The notes below the pieces were generated by a model. The model worked only from the letters and a program-made list of their open reading frames with translations, did not search any database and was not told the origin of the DNA. From Macrostomum lignano (lineage: Eukaryota): DNA of 64,000 bases. Every line of letters begins with the position of its first letter. The stretch's first letter is position 1. Below, piece after piece: positions 33,290 to 54,600 of the stretch. The stretch lies in contig NIVC01001827.1 in assembly GCA_002269645.1 (NCBI GenBank), forward strand, positions 124,001-188,000, written 5' to 3'. The position numbers were made by a program, and so were the translations under genes.

Positions 33290-35090
33290 ACATCAGCCAG
33301 TGCCACTGGAAATGTACACTGAGGAAGGCAATAAAATTTTGGCGGTTTGGGTGGGGGTAGAGATTTTGTGTGGAATTCGTGGTTGGAGGGTTATGTTGAC
33401 GGGGCGTAAGAGGGCCAATAAACGAGTCCATATAATGTACATAGCAGATCTAGATGGAACAGCAGAGGAAGGCAATAAAAATTGGGCGGCTTGGATGGGG
33501 GTAGAGATTTTGTGTGGAATTCGTGGTCGGAGGGTTATGTTGAGGGGGCGTAAGAGGGCCAATAAACGAGTCCATATATAATGTACATAGCAGATCTAGA
33601 TGGAACAGCAGAGGAAGGCAATAAAATTTTGGCGGTTTGGGTGGGGGTAGAGATTTTGTGTGGGATTCGTGGTTGGAGGGTTATGTTGACGGGGCGTAAG
33701 AGGGCCAATAAACGAGTCCATATAATGTACATAGCAGATCTAGATGGAACAGCAGAGGAAGGCAATAAAATTTGGGCGGTTTGGGTGGGGGTAGAGATTT
33801 TGTGTGGGATTCGTGGTTGGAGGGTTATGTTAACGGGGCGTAAGAGGGCCAATAAACGAGTCCATATAATGTACATAGCAGATCTAGATGGAACAGCAGA
33901 GGAAGGCAATAAAATTTGGGCGGTTTGGGTGGGGGTAGAGATTTTGTGTGGAATTCGTGGTTGGAGGGTTATGTTAACGGGGCGTAAGAGGGCCAATAAA
34001 CGAGTCCATATAATGTACATAGCAGATCTAGATGGAACAGCAGAGGAAGGCAATAAAATTTGGGCGGTTTGGGTGGGGGTAGAGATTTTGTGTGGAATTC
34101 GTGGTTGGAGGGTTATGTTAACGGGGCGTAAGAGGGCCAATAAACGAGTCCATATAATGTACATAGCAGATCTAGATGGAACAGCAGAGGAAGGCAATAA
34201 AATTTGGGCGGTTTGGGTGGGGGTAGAGATTTTGTGTGGGATTCGTGGTTGGAGGGTTATGTTGACGGGGCGTAAGAGGGCCAATAAACGAGTCCATATA
34301 ATGTACATAGCAGATCTAGATGGAACAGCAGAGGAAGGCAATAAAAATTGGGCGGCTTGGATGGGGGTAGAGATTTTGTGTGGAATTCGTGGTCGGAGGG
34401 TTATGTTGAGGGGGCGTAAGAGGGCCAATAAACGAGTCCATATATAATGTACATAGCAGATCTAGATGGAACAGCAGAGGAAGGCAATAAAATTTTGGCG
34501 GTTTGGGTGGGGGTAGAGATTTTGTGTGGAATTCGTGGTTGGAGGGTTATGTTAACGGGGCGTAAGAGGGCCAATAAACGAGTCCATATAATGTACATAG
34601 CAGATCTAGATGGAACAGCAGAGGAAGGCAATAAAATTTGGGCGGTTTGGGTGGGGGTAGAGATTTTGTGTGGGATTCGTGGTTGGAGGGTTATGTTGAC
34701 GGGGCGTAAGAGGGCCAATAAACGAGTCCATATAATGTACATAGCAGATCTAGATGGAACAGCAGAGGAAGGCAATAAAAATTGGGCGGCTTGGATGGGG
34801 GTAGAGATTTTGTGTGGAATTCGTGGTCGGAGGGTTATGTTGAGGGGGCGTAAGAGGGCCAATAAACGAGTCCATATATAATGTACATAGCAGATCTAGA
34901 TGGAACAGCAGAGGAAGGCAATAAAATTTTGGCGGTTTGGGTGGGGGTAGAGATTTTGTGTGGGATTCGTGGTTGGAGGGTTATGTTGACGGGGCGTAAG
35001 AGGGCCAATAAACGAGTCCATATAATGTACATAGCAGATCTAGATGGAACAGCAGAGGAAGGCAATAAAAATTGGGTGGATTGCGTGTGG
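33290..35090. repeat. 144/146-bp tandem satellite, about 12 units
   Basis: Unit AATGTACATAGCAGATCTAGATGGAACAGCAGAGGAAGGCAATAAAAT...AAACGAGTCCATAT, with two variant types. Confidence 0.97.
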
Positions 35091-38000
35091 GGGTAGAGTT
35101 TTTGTGTGGAAATAAAGTGTGGTTTTGTTTAATCATCTACTGAACTGCAAGTAGCTTATACGCAAATGTGCTGAGTAGTCCCTGTGGTTCCGCATATTTA
35201 TTACAGCGAGTGTCAATTGACTTATTGACTTAATGGGCGACAGCATTCGAGACCGTCGGGATATTCAAGGACTTGAATATTCCGGAAGGTCAATTTTTTG
35301 TTATAAAAATGACTTCTCAAGTTCTCAGCCTTTTGTTGTATTATTTGTCAAATGGTGTCTCTCATTGTAGTTCTCCTGTTTGAGTGGGCAAATTATTTGC
35401 TTGCTAGTGCTTCTACCTCTCTCTGGGCTTTATAAAATAACCTTCGATACATATCGGTATACAATTCTTTTTAGTTTAAACCCATAGGCATTATCCAGAG
35501 AGAGGACGAGGAGACAAATTTTCACAGTCAGGCTACTCATCAGGAATTCTATTTTGTTAGTTTGTTCACAGTTTCCTTTCCTGGCTCACTTTTTTCAGCA
35601 AGGCCAGCAAGCCTTCAAGTGCTTTTTTTGTTCATGTTTGCAACCCCGCCAAGCCGTATTGCCTTAGTAATATGCTTATGTAAATGCTTGTGTGCGTATA
35701 TACGAGTACACAAACCGACTGTTGGATTTCTTTGTCAGTGACTAGCATGCTTCATTAATAATACTATGAAATTGTAACTTCCTGCTAACATATTTTACTA
35801 TTGTTATTAATAGTAAATTGTCGAATTTTGTTTGGTCAGGATTGTTTGCTGTCCTGTTAAGATTGGTGCCTTCACACACGCGTCGTTGATACCGAGTTGC
35901 GTCGCTGCTATGCAAATAACGGTGTGTGAAGTGCTTTTTTGTATAATTTTACATTTATTTCTGTTTATTTGAGTTGTATACAGTTAGTTATATATTGAAG
36001 ATTCTAACTGCTGAGCTGTGGCAGACAACACATACTCAACGAATACCGGCCTTGATGCCTATTACTATCGTGTCTAATGTATTTTCTTATATTTATTCAA
36101 TTTTGTACTCCGTGTTTTGCATGAACGTCAGCCTTATTAGCTACTTAAAACATTTTACCGCACAAATTGCTTCTTTCACAAAGCAAATTTGTGCGTCTGC
36201 ATGGGTGTAATTTTTGTATTTTGCACAGAAAACTACTTTACTGTTGCTGTTGGACCTTGCGAATTGTTAAATAATGTTTTTTACACTGTCTTATTCACGC
36301 AGGAACGTATGCACAGTGTTGCTTTGCGGTTTTTTAAATTCCCATTTTAATGCATCTAAATAAAATTTTATACTTGAGATCTTTTATACACGCGCAAGCC
36401 GATTGTAGCTCACAAAGCACATTGTACTATCTAATACTACTTTTATCGAAATTTTTAGTTATTTGATTTCTTGATGCATTGGTCTTATAATTTCAATCAA
36501 AATAGTGTTTTTATGAAACGAAATTAATGCGAATTCTTAAAAAGCTGTATTTTTAATCGTGCTTCTAGGTGTAAAATTTTCGAATTTGATATCTAAACGA
36601 GTCATCTATCTACACGGTACCAATCAGGAAAAAATATATGCAACCACTGTCACCGTAGAAAGAAATACATGTAATGTTTCATGAACAAGTAAAAAGTTAA
36701 GAATCGAAATCCACCATGAACAGCATAAAGTTATACACGTATTTTGGCTGCGTAATATTAACTAGTACATACACACAATTACAAAGAAGTTACATGTGTG
36801 TAAGTTACGAAAAGTGTCTGTTAAAACTTTGGAGCTATATGAAATGAGTTCGACTGGCGCACCAAATGAATCGTTTTGGGTGCTAGAGGTTTGTTTCTTG
36901 CTTTGCCCCGTACTATGTGGCGACGCCCTTGCCAAGTACAGCGATCCTGAGCTTCTTGATACGAATCTATATAACTAATCTAAAAATTTTATACTAAAAT
37001 TAGGGATTCCACATTAATATGATGTAAATTTATTAACGACAAATTGCAGTTTATCACTCATTTAAACAAAACCTGTAAATATACTGCAAAGGATTTCGAA
37101 AAAAACTGTAAAACAAGGTGTTAGAAACTAAAAAATATGATACTTATGTCTTTGAAAATCGTAAATGTTACAATAAGCAACATACATGCTATTTGCTAAG
37201 ATCCTATTTGGCTTTGCATCAACGTTTCAATTTATGCAATTTTACTTTAGCCTTTCTGTAATACTAATCTTTGTGTCGTGCTGGCTAAATATTTAATTAA
37301 TTAATTAATTATTATTAGCTAATTAATTATTTTAACTTAAAGAAAAGTGGCGGATTGAGCATATTTGGCGTACTGTTTATTCTGATCTATTTCAATTTTT
37401 TTCGTCCTGCAATAGACTTTTTCGAGCAAACCGTACAAATACTAAAATATATATAATTTTTCACTTTTGAATGCATAAGTACAAGTTCTGGTCTTATCTG
37501 GGACACCTGACTGATGACAAAACTGATGGAGGCAACCATTGATTCAGATTGTAGCTAATAAGTGATCAAATAAAATTTACCATGCAACTTAGGAAATTGC
37601 TTTCAATTTGTAGTGTTTCTAGGCCTAAAGCTTTATAAGATGGAATGTTTAAAAAAAATAATTTTGTAGTTTAAAGTTTACGATAAAAATATAAAATACA
37701 AAGATTATCTGCTTTTAAAAGCAATGTACCAGAAGATTTTAGCACTTTTCACCATATTAGTCCTTTTTAGTATTCCAATTAGAGGTTTATATCTAGATAC
37801 AAAAAATTCTGCAATAGTTTTGCATAAAGCTGTATAATGTGTTTTAGCATGCTTGCAATTACATCTTGTTTTTATAAATTTTATTATCGAGTAACTCATT
37901 ATAAATTAATTATATGGTCATTAAATTGCTAGAAAATTAGTTTTTTCTAGTGTTTTAATTGTCTGTGGTTACAAATAAGTAATATAAATAGTAGTTTGAT

Positions 38001-38142
38001 ATGTAATAAAAAATATATACACTCCTATATATATAGAAATATGTAACACAGTTCCTAGTGCCATTCGTAATTAAATCTCCAAAAAACACCCCATGCAAGC
38101 AGAGCTCTGGCAGCCGCCACAAAACACAGCTCGCCATCAGGA

Positions 38143-47227
<9,085 letters not shown>

Positions 47228-47619
47228 GTGAGCAGCCAAACCCGACGCGGTCTTGGAAGCCATGAGCCTGAGTTTGTTTTACTGACTTAGTAGTTCAGTA
47301 GATTGTATAGAACATTGTAATTCTCTTATCTTTACTTGATTAATTTTTAAATCTACCTGAAAAATATGGATTTTTCTTGCCTTCATCCCGTGATTAAAAG
47401 AAAACCTATTAGCTCCTTATACCCTCGATTCTTAATGTTTAGTCAGCTGGTTTTTGCATGAATAGGGTCAGAAAATGTCGCAATCACGATTGCTGTAGTA
47501 ATGATCCTAAACTGCTTTTTTATTCTCTGATTGACTTCTGTCTTCCTGATAATTTTGACTGTCCTCTTATCAGCTGTGCTTTTCTACTAAAATTTTGCTG
47601 TCCACTCGCAGGCTGCCCA

Positions 47620-47862
47620 CTGAAGGGTCTGTAGGGGGTGGGGGTAGAGGCTGCCCACTGAAAGGGGAGGGTCGGTGGGGAGGGTAGAGGCTACCCACTG
47701 AAGGGTCTGTGAGGGTGGGGGTAGAGGCTGCCCACTGAAGGGTCTGTGGGGGATGGGGGTAGAGGCTGCCCACTGAAGGGTCTGTGGGGGATGGGGGTAG
47801 AGGCTGCCCACTGAAGGGTCTGTGGGGGATGGGGGTAGAGGCTGCCCACTGAAGGGTCCGTG
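47620..47862. repeat. About 38-bp G-rich minisatellite
   Basis: Unit GGGGTAGAGGCTGCCCACTGAAGGGTCTGTGGGGGAT. Confidence 0.9.
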
Positions 47863-48429
47863 GGAGCTAGTTTAAAACTATTTAGATACTTGTATTTAAA
47901 ACTGCTGTGAATTTTTATTAATTTTAACTTTCTGCTACTTTTATAACTACTTTAAAACTATAGCTGCTGAGTGTCACAATTTTTCGTGACCTATTTTAGC
48001 TCGAATCTAGGGATTAGCTGTGCTCCAAAAATCTCTTCTCGATTTTGTACGTTTTTATACTGTCTTTTTTTCAGTTTTCTGCTAAGCACAGGTCGAATAG
48101 TCGAAAAGTCGTTACTTACTTCTTGGAAAATCAACAACGCTTCCTAGAATGTTTTGTCCGGCTTTGATTTTTCCACCAGCTATTATTTTGTTAATTTAGT
48201 CACCACTCTGTAATTGTTACATTTCACCAGTCTATATGGAAATACAGAGGTTCGACAGCTTTGCCTTTGGCATGTAGAGTTTATTATATATACAGCGATT
48301 TTTGTGCTACTTAACTATCTATGCTCAATTATTAATTTATGCCCTCTATATAGATAGTCAGCCTGTGATCCAAATTGCATGCTTAATGTACTCGTATACT
48401 CGACTGATGTGCGGAATGTGCTCATTCTA

Positions 48430-48550
48430 TGCTTCGACTATGCTCAATCTGTGCTCAGACTATGCTTAATCTGTGCTCAGACTATGCTCAATCTGTGCTC
48501 AGACTATGCTCAATCTGTGCTCAGACTATGCTCAATCTATGCTCCGACTA
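48430..48550. repeat. 22-bp minisatellite
   Basis: Unit CTATGCTCAATCTGTGCTCAGA. Confidence 0.85.
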
Positions 48551-49508
48551 TGGCGACGCCTCCCCGCTGCATCCGGATGCCCGCGGAACCTTGCAGCTAA
48601 GTCAAGCAAAGTCATGCTCCGACTAAGTTCAATCTGTGCTCAGACTATATGCTCATGCCTCAATCTGTGCTTCAAAATCTTTTGATTTTGATTTGATTAG
48701 CTCAGTAAATGGAGGCTAGACACATGCATACAGAGAGGGCTTTTACATGTGAGCCATCTAATAATTTAAATTCAGTTAAGCTTTCCAGATAAACCGATAC
48801 TGAAGACAAAGCCAGATAATTATTCTGAATTTTCACATTTAACTTTCACACTCTTAGTGTTTTAGTCTTTCACACTAGAGCGTTATGGACATTCAAGCAT
48901 ACAAACCTTAGAGATTTAGTATATTTAGAAGATAATTAAGCATTGACTAATTCAGAAAGCACGTGGGTCCAGCAGGGCAGAATTAGGCCACTTTCTTAAT
49001 TTACAAGCAAGGTCACCCAGGGGCCAGCAAACCTGCTCTAATGAGCGCCTTGCCACCATAAATTACCGAACTGTTCACGTACACCCCCGTGTTTGACTTT
49101 CACAGGAGGGTCTCCTTCTTTTAGCTATCTACCCTTATTTATAGTGAAAGTACATTCGCTTTGCGCGGCTCGGGATGAAATGTTTCAACCTTGGACAGGG
49201 GGAGTTGGGCTATAAAAGTAGGGGTGGTGGGGGGGGGAGGAAATGAGTGTACAACGTTAAATTAGACTTTTTCTCAGCGGGGGCAGGGGCGCCCCGCTGC
49301 CGGGCTTGGCTTGGATCGATAAGCCCGTACAGCACCCGTGCAGCGCAGGCAGAAGGGGGCAGGTTATCAAACTGGAAGGGGGCTTTAGGCTAGGAATCGC
49401 TGTAAAATATTGCTATTTAAAAGAGCAATCGACTTAAGACAGACACAACAAGCTGTTAAACTACGAGTCGCGCTCTGTAAAATAGCAGCCGATAAAATTT
49501 TAACAAAA

Positions 49509-50084
49509 ATGAAACTGTTCAAGCTGGTCTTGCTGACCGCTGCCCTGCTGCTGTGCTACTGCTGCTGCTGCGGCGTCCAGGCCTGCGGCAGCTCCGGCGC
49601 GAAGTCCTGCCACGCCGCAACCAGGTCGGCCGTGGCCTACCTCACCCCTCACGGCAGCGGCTACAACGTCTTCGGGGTGATCTCGCTGGAGCAGTCAGGA
49701 GCCAACCTGGTCATCAGCGGCAATGTGACCGGCCTGAACGCCAGCCAGCAGTACGGATTCCACATCCACGAGTCCGGCGACCTCAGCACCGGATGCGGCG
49801 GCGCCCTCGGCCACTACAATCCCTACGGCAAGGACCACGGCGCGCCCACCGACTCCGACCGACACGTCGGAGACTTTGGCAACATTGTCGGCGGATCGGA
49901 CGGAGTGACCAGAGTCAGCATCACCGACAGCGTGGCCTCGCTGGTCAACACCGAGTCGGTACTCGGCCGGTCCATCGTCATCCACGCCGGCGTGGACGAT
50001 CTCGGACGAGGCGGCCATCCGTCGTCAAAGACTACCGGAAATGCCGGAGCCCGGATGGCCTGCGGAGTTATCGGCGTCAAGTGA
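49509..50084 (+). CDS. sod: Secreted Cu/Zn superoxide dismutase (SOD3-like), single coding exon, 191 aa
   Basis: ATG at 49509; signal peptide MKLFKLVLLTAALLLC...; all metal ligands present: GFHIH, GHYNP, DHGAP, RHVGDFGN, VIHAG; ends GNAGARMACGVIG. Confidence 0.93.
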   Translation: MKLFKLVLLTAALLLCYCCCCGVQACGSSGAKSCHAATRSAVAYLTPHGSGYNVFGVISLEQSGANLVISGNVTGLNASQQYGFHIHESGDLSTGCGGALGHYNPYGKDHGAPTDSDRHVGDFGNIVGGSDGVTRVSITDSVASLVNTESVLGRSIVIHAGVDDLGRGGHPSSKTTGNAGARMACGVIGVK

Positions 50085-50984
50085 TCGAGCAGCAGCGGAG
50101 GCCGGCTGGCACAGCACCGAGACTAAACGAATCATTTTATTTTTTATTCGATTTTAAATTGGCGCCAAAATTAACAATAATTTGGGATTGATTTTGCTAA
50201 CTAAAGCGAGTATTATTTGAAAATTTATTTACTCAATATTCAGCAAAAATATTGCCCAAATTCTCTTGGTATAAATTGGCGTCAATTTGAAACTTTTAAC
50301 TTGCCATTTTGAACGCACTGGTATTTCGAAATTAAATTAAGAAAGCCCTTCATATCTTCTTCTATCACACCAACTTCTAAAATTTGGCACATAACGTTGA
50401 GGTTATTTTAGGCTGACAAGCTTTATTTTCGCTAATAATAGCTACATAATAAAAATATGTGTGCATATGATAGAGTAACATGCATCTTTATTAAAAGATG
50501 TCAGTCTAAAAAATCCACAATTTTTTATGCCAATGAAACGTATACTCATATAAAACTACTATATTCCAATAGGTATTTCACTATCGATATACCCTACATT
50601 CCATGCACATTTGAGTACAAAGGTATATATACAAAGCTGTATATATATACCTTAGTTGCCGCATCATATTTCATCAATCTTTATTTCAGATGTTTTATAT
50701 ATGATTAAAAACGAATTCCACACTATCCAATTAGTTCATATCAATCCAATTCACTTAATCACTAACCGCAACCAATACCAAAAAATTGACCAATTCTTAC
50801 ATCAAAGTAATTCATTTGTTTTGCATAATACTATTGTAAATACACTGTTTAGTTAAGAAATTACCACTACATTTCCGGAATACTTTTTTCTGTGTGATAA
50901 GTAGACTGAATTCTTTAACACTTCCACCTGTTTCCAGTATTACGACGGCAATAGAGACAAGAGCGTGACACCTGCTAAAAATGC

Positions 50985-51232
50985 ACTTGTTTCCGGCGTG
51001 ATTTGGCCTGGCCATAGACTGCACTTGTTTCCGGTGTGATATGCCATAGACTGCACTTGTTTCCGGTGTGATTTGGCCTGGCCATAGACTGCACTTGTTT
51101 CCGGTGTGATATGCCATAGACTGCACTTGTTTCCGGTGTGATATGCCATAGACTGCACTTGTTTCCGGTGTGATATGCCATAGACTGCACTTGTTTCCGG
51201 TGTGATATGCCATAGACTGCACTTGTTTCCGG
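50985..51232. repeat. About 30-bp minisatellite
   Basis: Unit GCCATAGACTGCACTTGTTTCCGGTGTGATAT. Confidence 0.9.
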
Positions 51233-51612
51233 TGGGGAGCATACAAAAATATATTGCAGTCTTTGGATGGTCGGTCAATCTTGATAGATTATAAGAAGGA
51301 TAAAAATCGTTCTTTTCCGTTTGTATGAAAGAATTGCTAGCAAAAAGGAACGTCAGATTGAAGTTTTTATATTTTAAATTCAATTGTTTTTTTCATACTT
51401 GTAAAATTATAAAGCTTTATAAAATCAAGACTGCGCGTGAAAAAATCAAGTTGAAACGATTTGATTAAAATAGAAAATCAGCTCAACTAAGATTCAATTG
51501 CATGAAAGGTCAGTCTTATAGATACAAAAGCGTCGCTTTCCACAAGGACTGCAGCAGTAAAAGTTAAACTAAAGCAGTTCGATAACAAATTGTAATGCGG
51601 TACTGGCCAAGT

Positions 51613-54600
51613 CTATTCATGGCGCTGTCGCCACTGTCCGGTGCCCTGCATCTCCACGCTGTGCACCGAGTTTGTCCTCAAGCTGAACTTGTAGAGCAAG
51701 AAGCCAGCTCCGACGAGCAGTACAGCGCCGAGGATGGAGCCCACAACCAGCAGCGCAATGACCCAAGTTTCAAGGCCTGTATCCGGTTCGGGCGTCGCCA
51801 CCGGCGTAGTCTTGGATGGGAGGATCGGAGAGGTGAGTGCGGTTGTTGACATGGTGGCAGCGGTGGGATTCTTAGTTGCTGTTTGGTCAGTGGCGAGCCC
51901 CGTGGTTTCTGTGGGTGCTTCTGTACTAGCGGACCATGTCGGGTCTGTTGGTCTTGGATCGGTTGTCCCAGTTATGCCACTGGTTGCCCGTGGACTGGTA
52001 GGCCTGGATGGATCAGTGATGGAATCGGTAGCGATTGTAGATTCATCAGTCACCTGTGTTTCTCTTGTGAATTCCGTCGCTGTCCAAGTGGAAGTTGGCT
52101 TCGGTGTCTGGGTCGATGCCTCTGTCCAAGTAGTCGATGTCTCAGGCGTCTCCGTCGGTGCCTTCGTGGGCGTCTCCGTCGGTGCCTTCGTGGGCGTCTC
52201 CGTCATCTTCGTCGGTGCCATACTGGGTGTCTCCGTCATCTGCGTCGGTGCCATAGTTGGTGTCTCCGTCTGTGGTGCCGTTGGTGTCTCCGTCGGTGCC
52301 TCTGTCGGTGTCGTCGGCGAGGGCGTAGGGAGGTCGTTGATGCAGTCAGGCGAGGCGACGCACGGCAGCGTCTGGTCCCAGAAGGCGCAGTCCAGTCCGC
52401 GGAGCGCGTGCTCAACGTAGCGAGGCGGCCAGCTGACGTTCCAGCCGCCGCTTCCAGAGTCGCGCAGCAGCAGCACCCGCCGGCTGTCGGCCCCGTAGGC
52501 CTCCCAGCTCACGTTGCCGCTGTTGGCGAACTCGACGAGGCTGCGGACGAGGAAGCCCGACAGTTGGGCGCGCGCCTCGCCAAGCGGCTTGGAGGGTCTC
52601 GCAGGGCTGCCCAAGGCGTAGACGGCGTCATCCGCTGGAGTGGGAGTTAAGCGGTTGGCGGGGCTTTGGAGCACTTCAGTGAGTGGGAGTTAAGCGGTTG
52701 GCGGGGCTTTGGAGCACTTCAGTGAGAGGGAGTTAAGTGGTTAGCAGGGCTTTGGAGCACTTCAGTGAGAGGGAGCTAAGCGGTTGGAGGGATTTGGAGC
52801 ACGTCAGTGAGTGGGAGTTAAGCGGTTGGAGGAGCTTTGGAGCACTTCAGTGAGTGGGAGCTAAGCGGTTGGAGGGGCTTTGGAGCACGTCAGTGAGAGG
52901 CGATTTGCACTGGATAACCAGTGCCTCAGTGCTAACCTGAGCGAGCTCATCCCACCTGCCTGGCTTCCCCGCTCCCCTCAGCCCCGCCTGCTCACAGAGG
53001 CTGGCGCCGACCAGCCGATCCCCGATTTCCTCGGCCGGCTCGGCGAGCAGGAAGCCGAAAACCTGAGCAGTGCTCAAAGCAGCCGCTTTGGCCATGAAGC
53101 TCCAGCTAGGGCAGGTAAAGTGCCGATCGCCCAGCGCCCGCGATAGCAGCTGGGCCTCCTTGACGTCCCCGACGCCGGCGTCAGCGGTCGAGCTGGGGAA
53201 TTCGGCGAAGCGGCGACTCGCGGCCTCCAGTCCGACCGAGGACAGCGACTCGCCGAAGCGGGGGAAGTGGCGCAGTGACTGGCCCAGATGCTGTGGGAGG
53301 TGAGAGGAGTGACTGGCCCAGGTGCTGTGGGTGGTGAGAGGAGTGACTGGCCCAGGTGCAGTGGGAGGTGAGAGGAGTGACTGGCCCAGGTGCTGTGGAA
53401 GGTGAGAGGAGTGACTGGCCCAGGTGCTGTGGGAGGTGAGAGGAGCGAGTGGCCCAGGTGCTGTGGGTGGTGAGAGGAGTGACTGGCCCAGGTGCTGTGG
53501 GTGGTGAGAGGAGTGACTGGGCCAGGTGCTGTGGGAGGTGAGAGGAGCGAGTGGCCCAGGTGCTGTGGGTGGTGAGAGGAGCGAGTGGCCCAGGTGCTGT
53601 GGGAGGTGAGAGGAGCGAGTGGCCCAGGTGCTGTGGGAGGTGAGAGGAGTGACTGGCCCAGGTGCTGTGGGAGGTGAGAGGAGCGAGTGGCCCAGGTGCT
53701 GTGGGTGGTGAGAGGAGTGACTGGCCCAGGTGCTGTGGGAGGTGAGAGGAGCGAGTGGCCCAGGTGCTGTGGGTGGTGAGAGGAGCGAGTGGCCCAGGTG
53801 CTGTGGGAGGTGAGAGGAGTGACTGGCCCAGGTTCTGTGGGAGGTGAGAGGAGTGCAGGACTCAGCAGTGACTGGGCCAGGTGCTGTGGGTGGTGAGAGG
53901 AGTGCGGGACTCAGCAGTGACTGGCCCAGGTGCTGTGGGAGGTGAGAGGAGTGCGGGACTCAGCAGTGACTGGGCCAGGTGCTGTGGGAGGTGAGAGGAG
54001 CGAGTGGCCCAGGTGCTGTGGGTGGTGAGAGGAGTGACTGGCCCAGGTGCTGTGGGAGGTGAGAGGAGTGACTGGGCCAGGTGCTGTGGGAGGTGAGAGG
54101 AGTGACTGGCCCAGGTGCTGTGGGTGGTGAGAGGAGTGACTGGCCCAGGTGCTGTGGGAGGTGAGAGGAGTGACTGGCCCAGGTGCTGTGGGAGGTGAGA
54201 GGAGCGAGTGGCCCAGGTGCTGTGGGTGGTGAGAGGAGCGAGTGGCCCAGGTGCTGTGGGTGGTGAGAGGAGCGAGTGGCCCAGGTGCTGTGGGAGGTGA
54301 GAGGAGCGAGTGGCCCAGGTGCTGTGGGTGGTGAGAGGAGTGACTGGCCCAGGTGCTGTGGGAGGTGAGAGGAGCGAGTGGCCCAGGTGCTGTGGGTGGT
54401 GAGAGGAGCGAGTGGCCCAGGTGCTGTGGGAGGTGAGAGGAGTGACTGGCCCAGGTGCTGTGGGAGGTGAGAGGAGTGACTGGCCCAGGTGCTGTGGGAG
54501 GTGAGAGGAGCGAGTGGCCCAGGTGCTGTGGGTGGTGAGAGGAGCGAGTGGCCCAGGTGCTGTGGGTGGTGAGAGGAGCGAGTGGCCCAGGTGCTGTGGG

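Noticed and set aside
33290-35090. Long repetitive ORFs on both strands, or a hammerhead-ribozyme (retrozyme) satellite
   Set aside because: The ORFs result from the 144-bp (48-codon) unit; no CUGANGA/GAAA hammerhead core was found on either strand.
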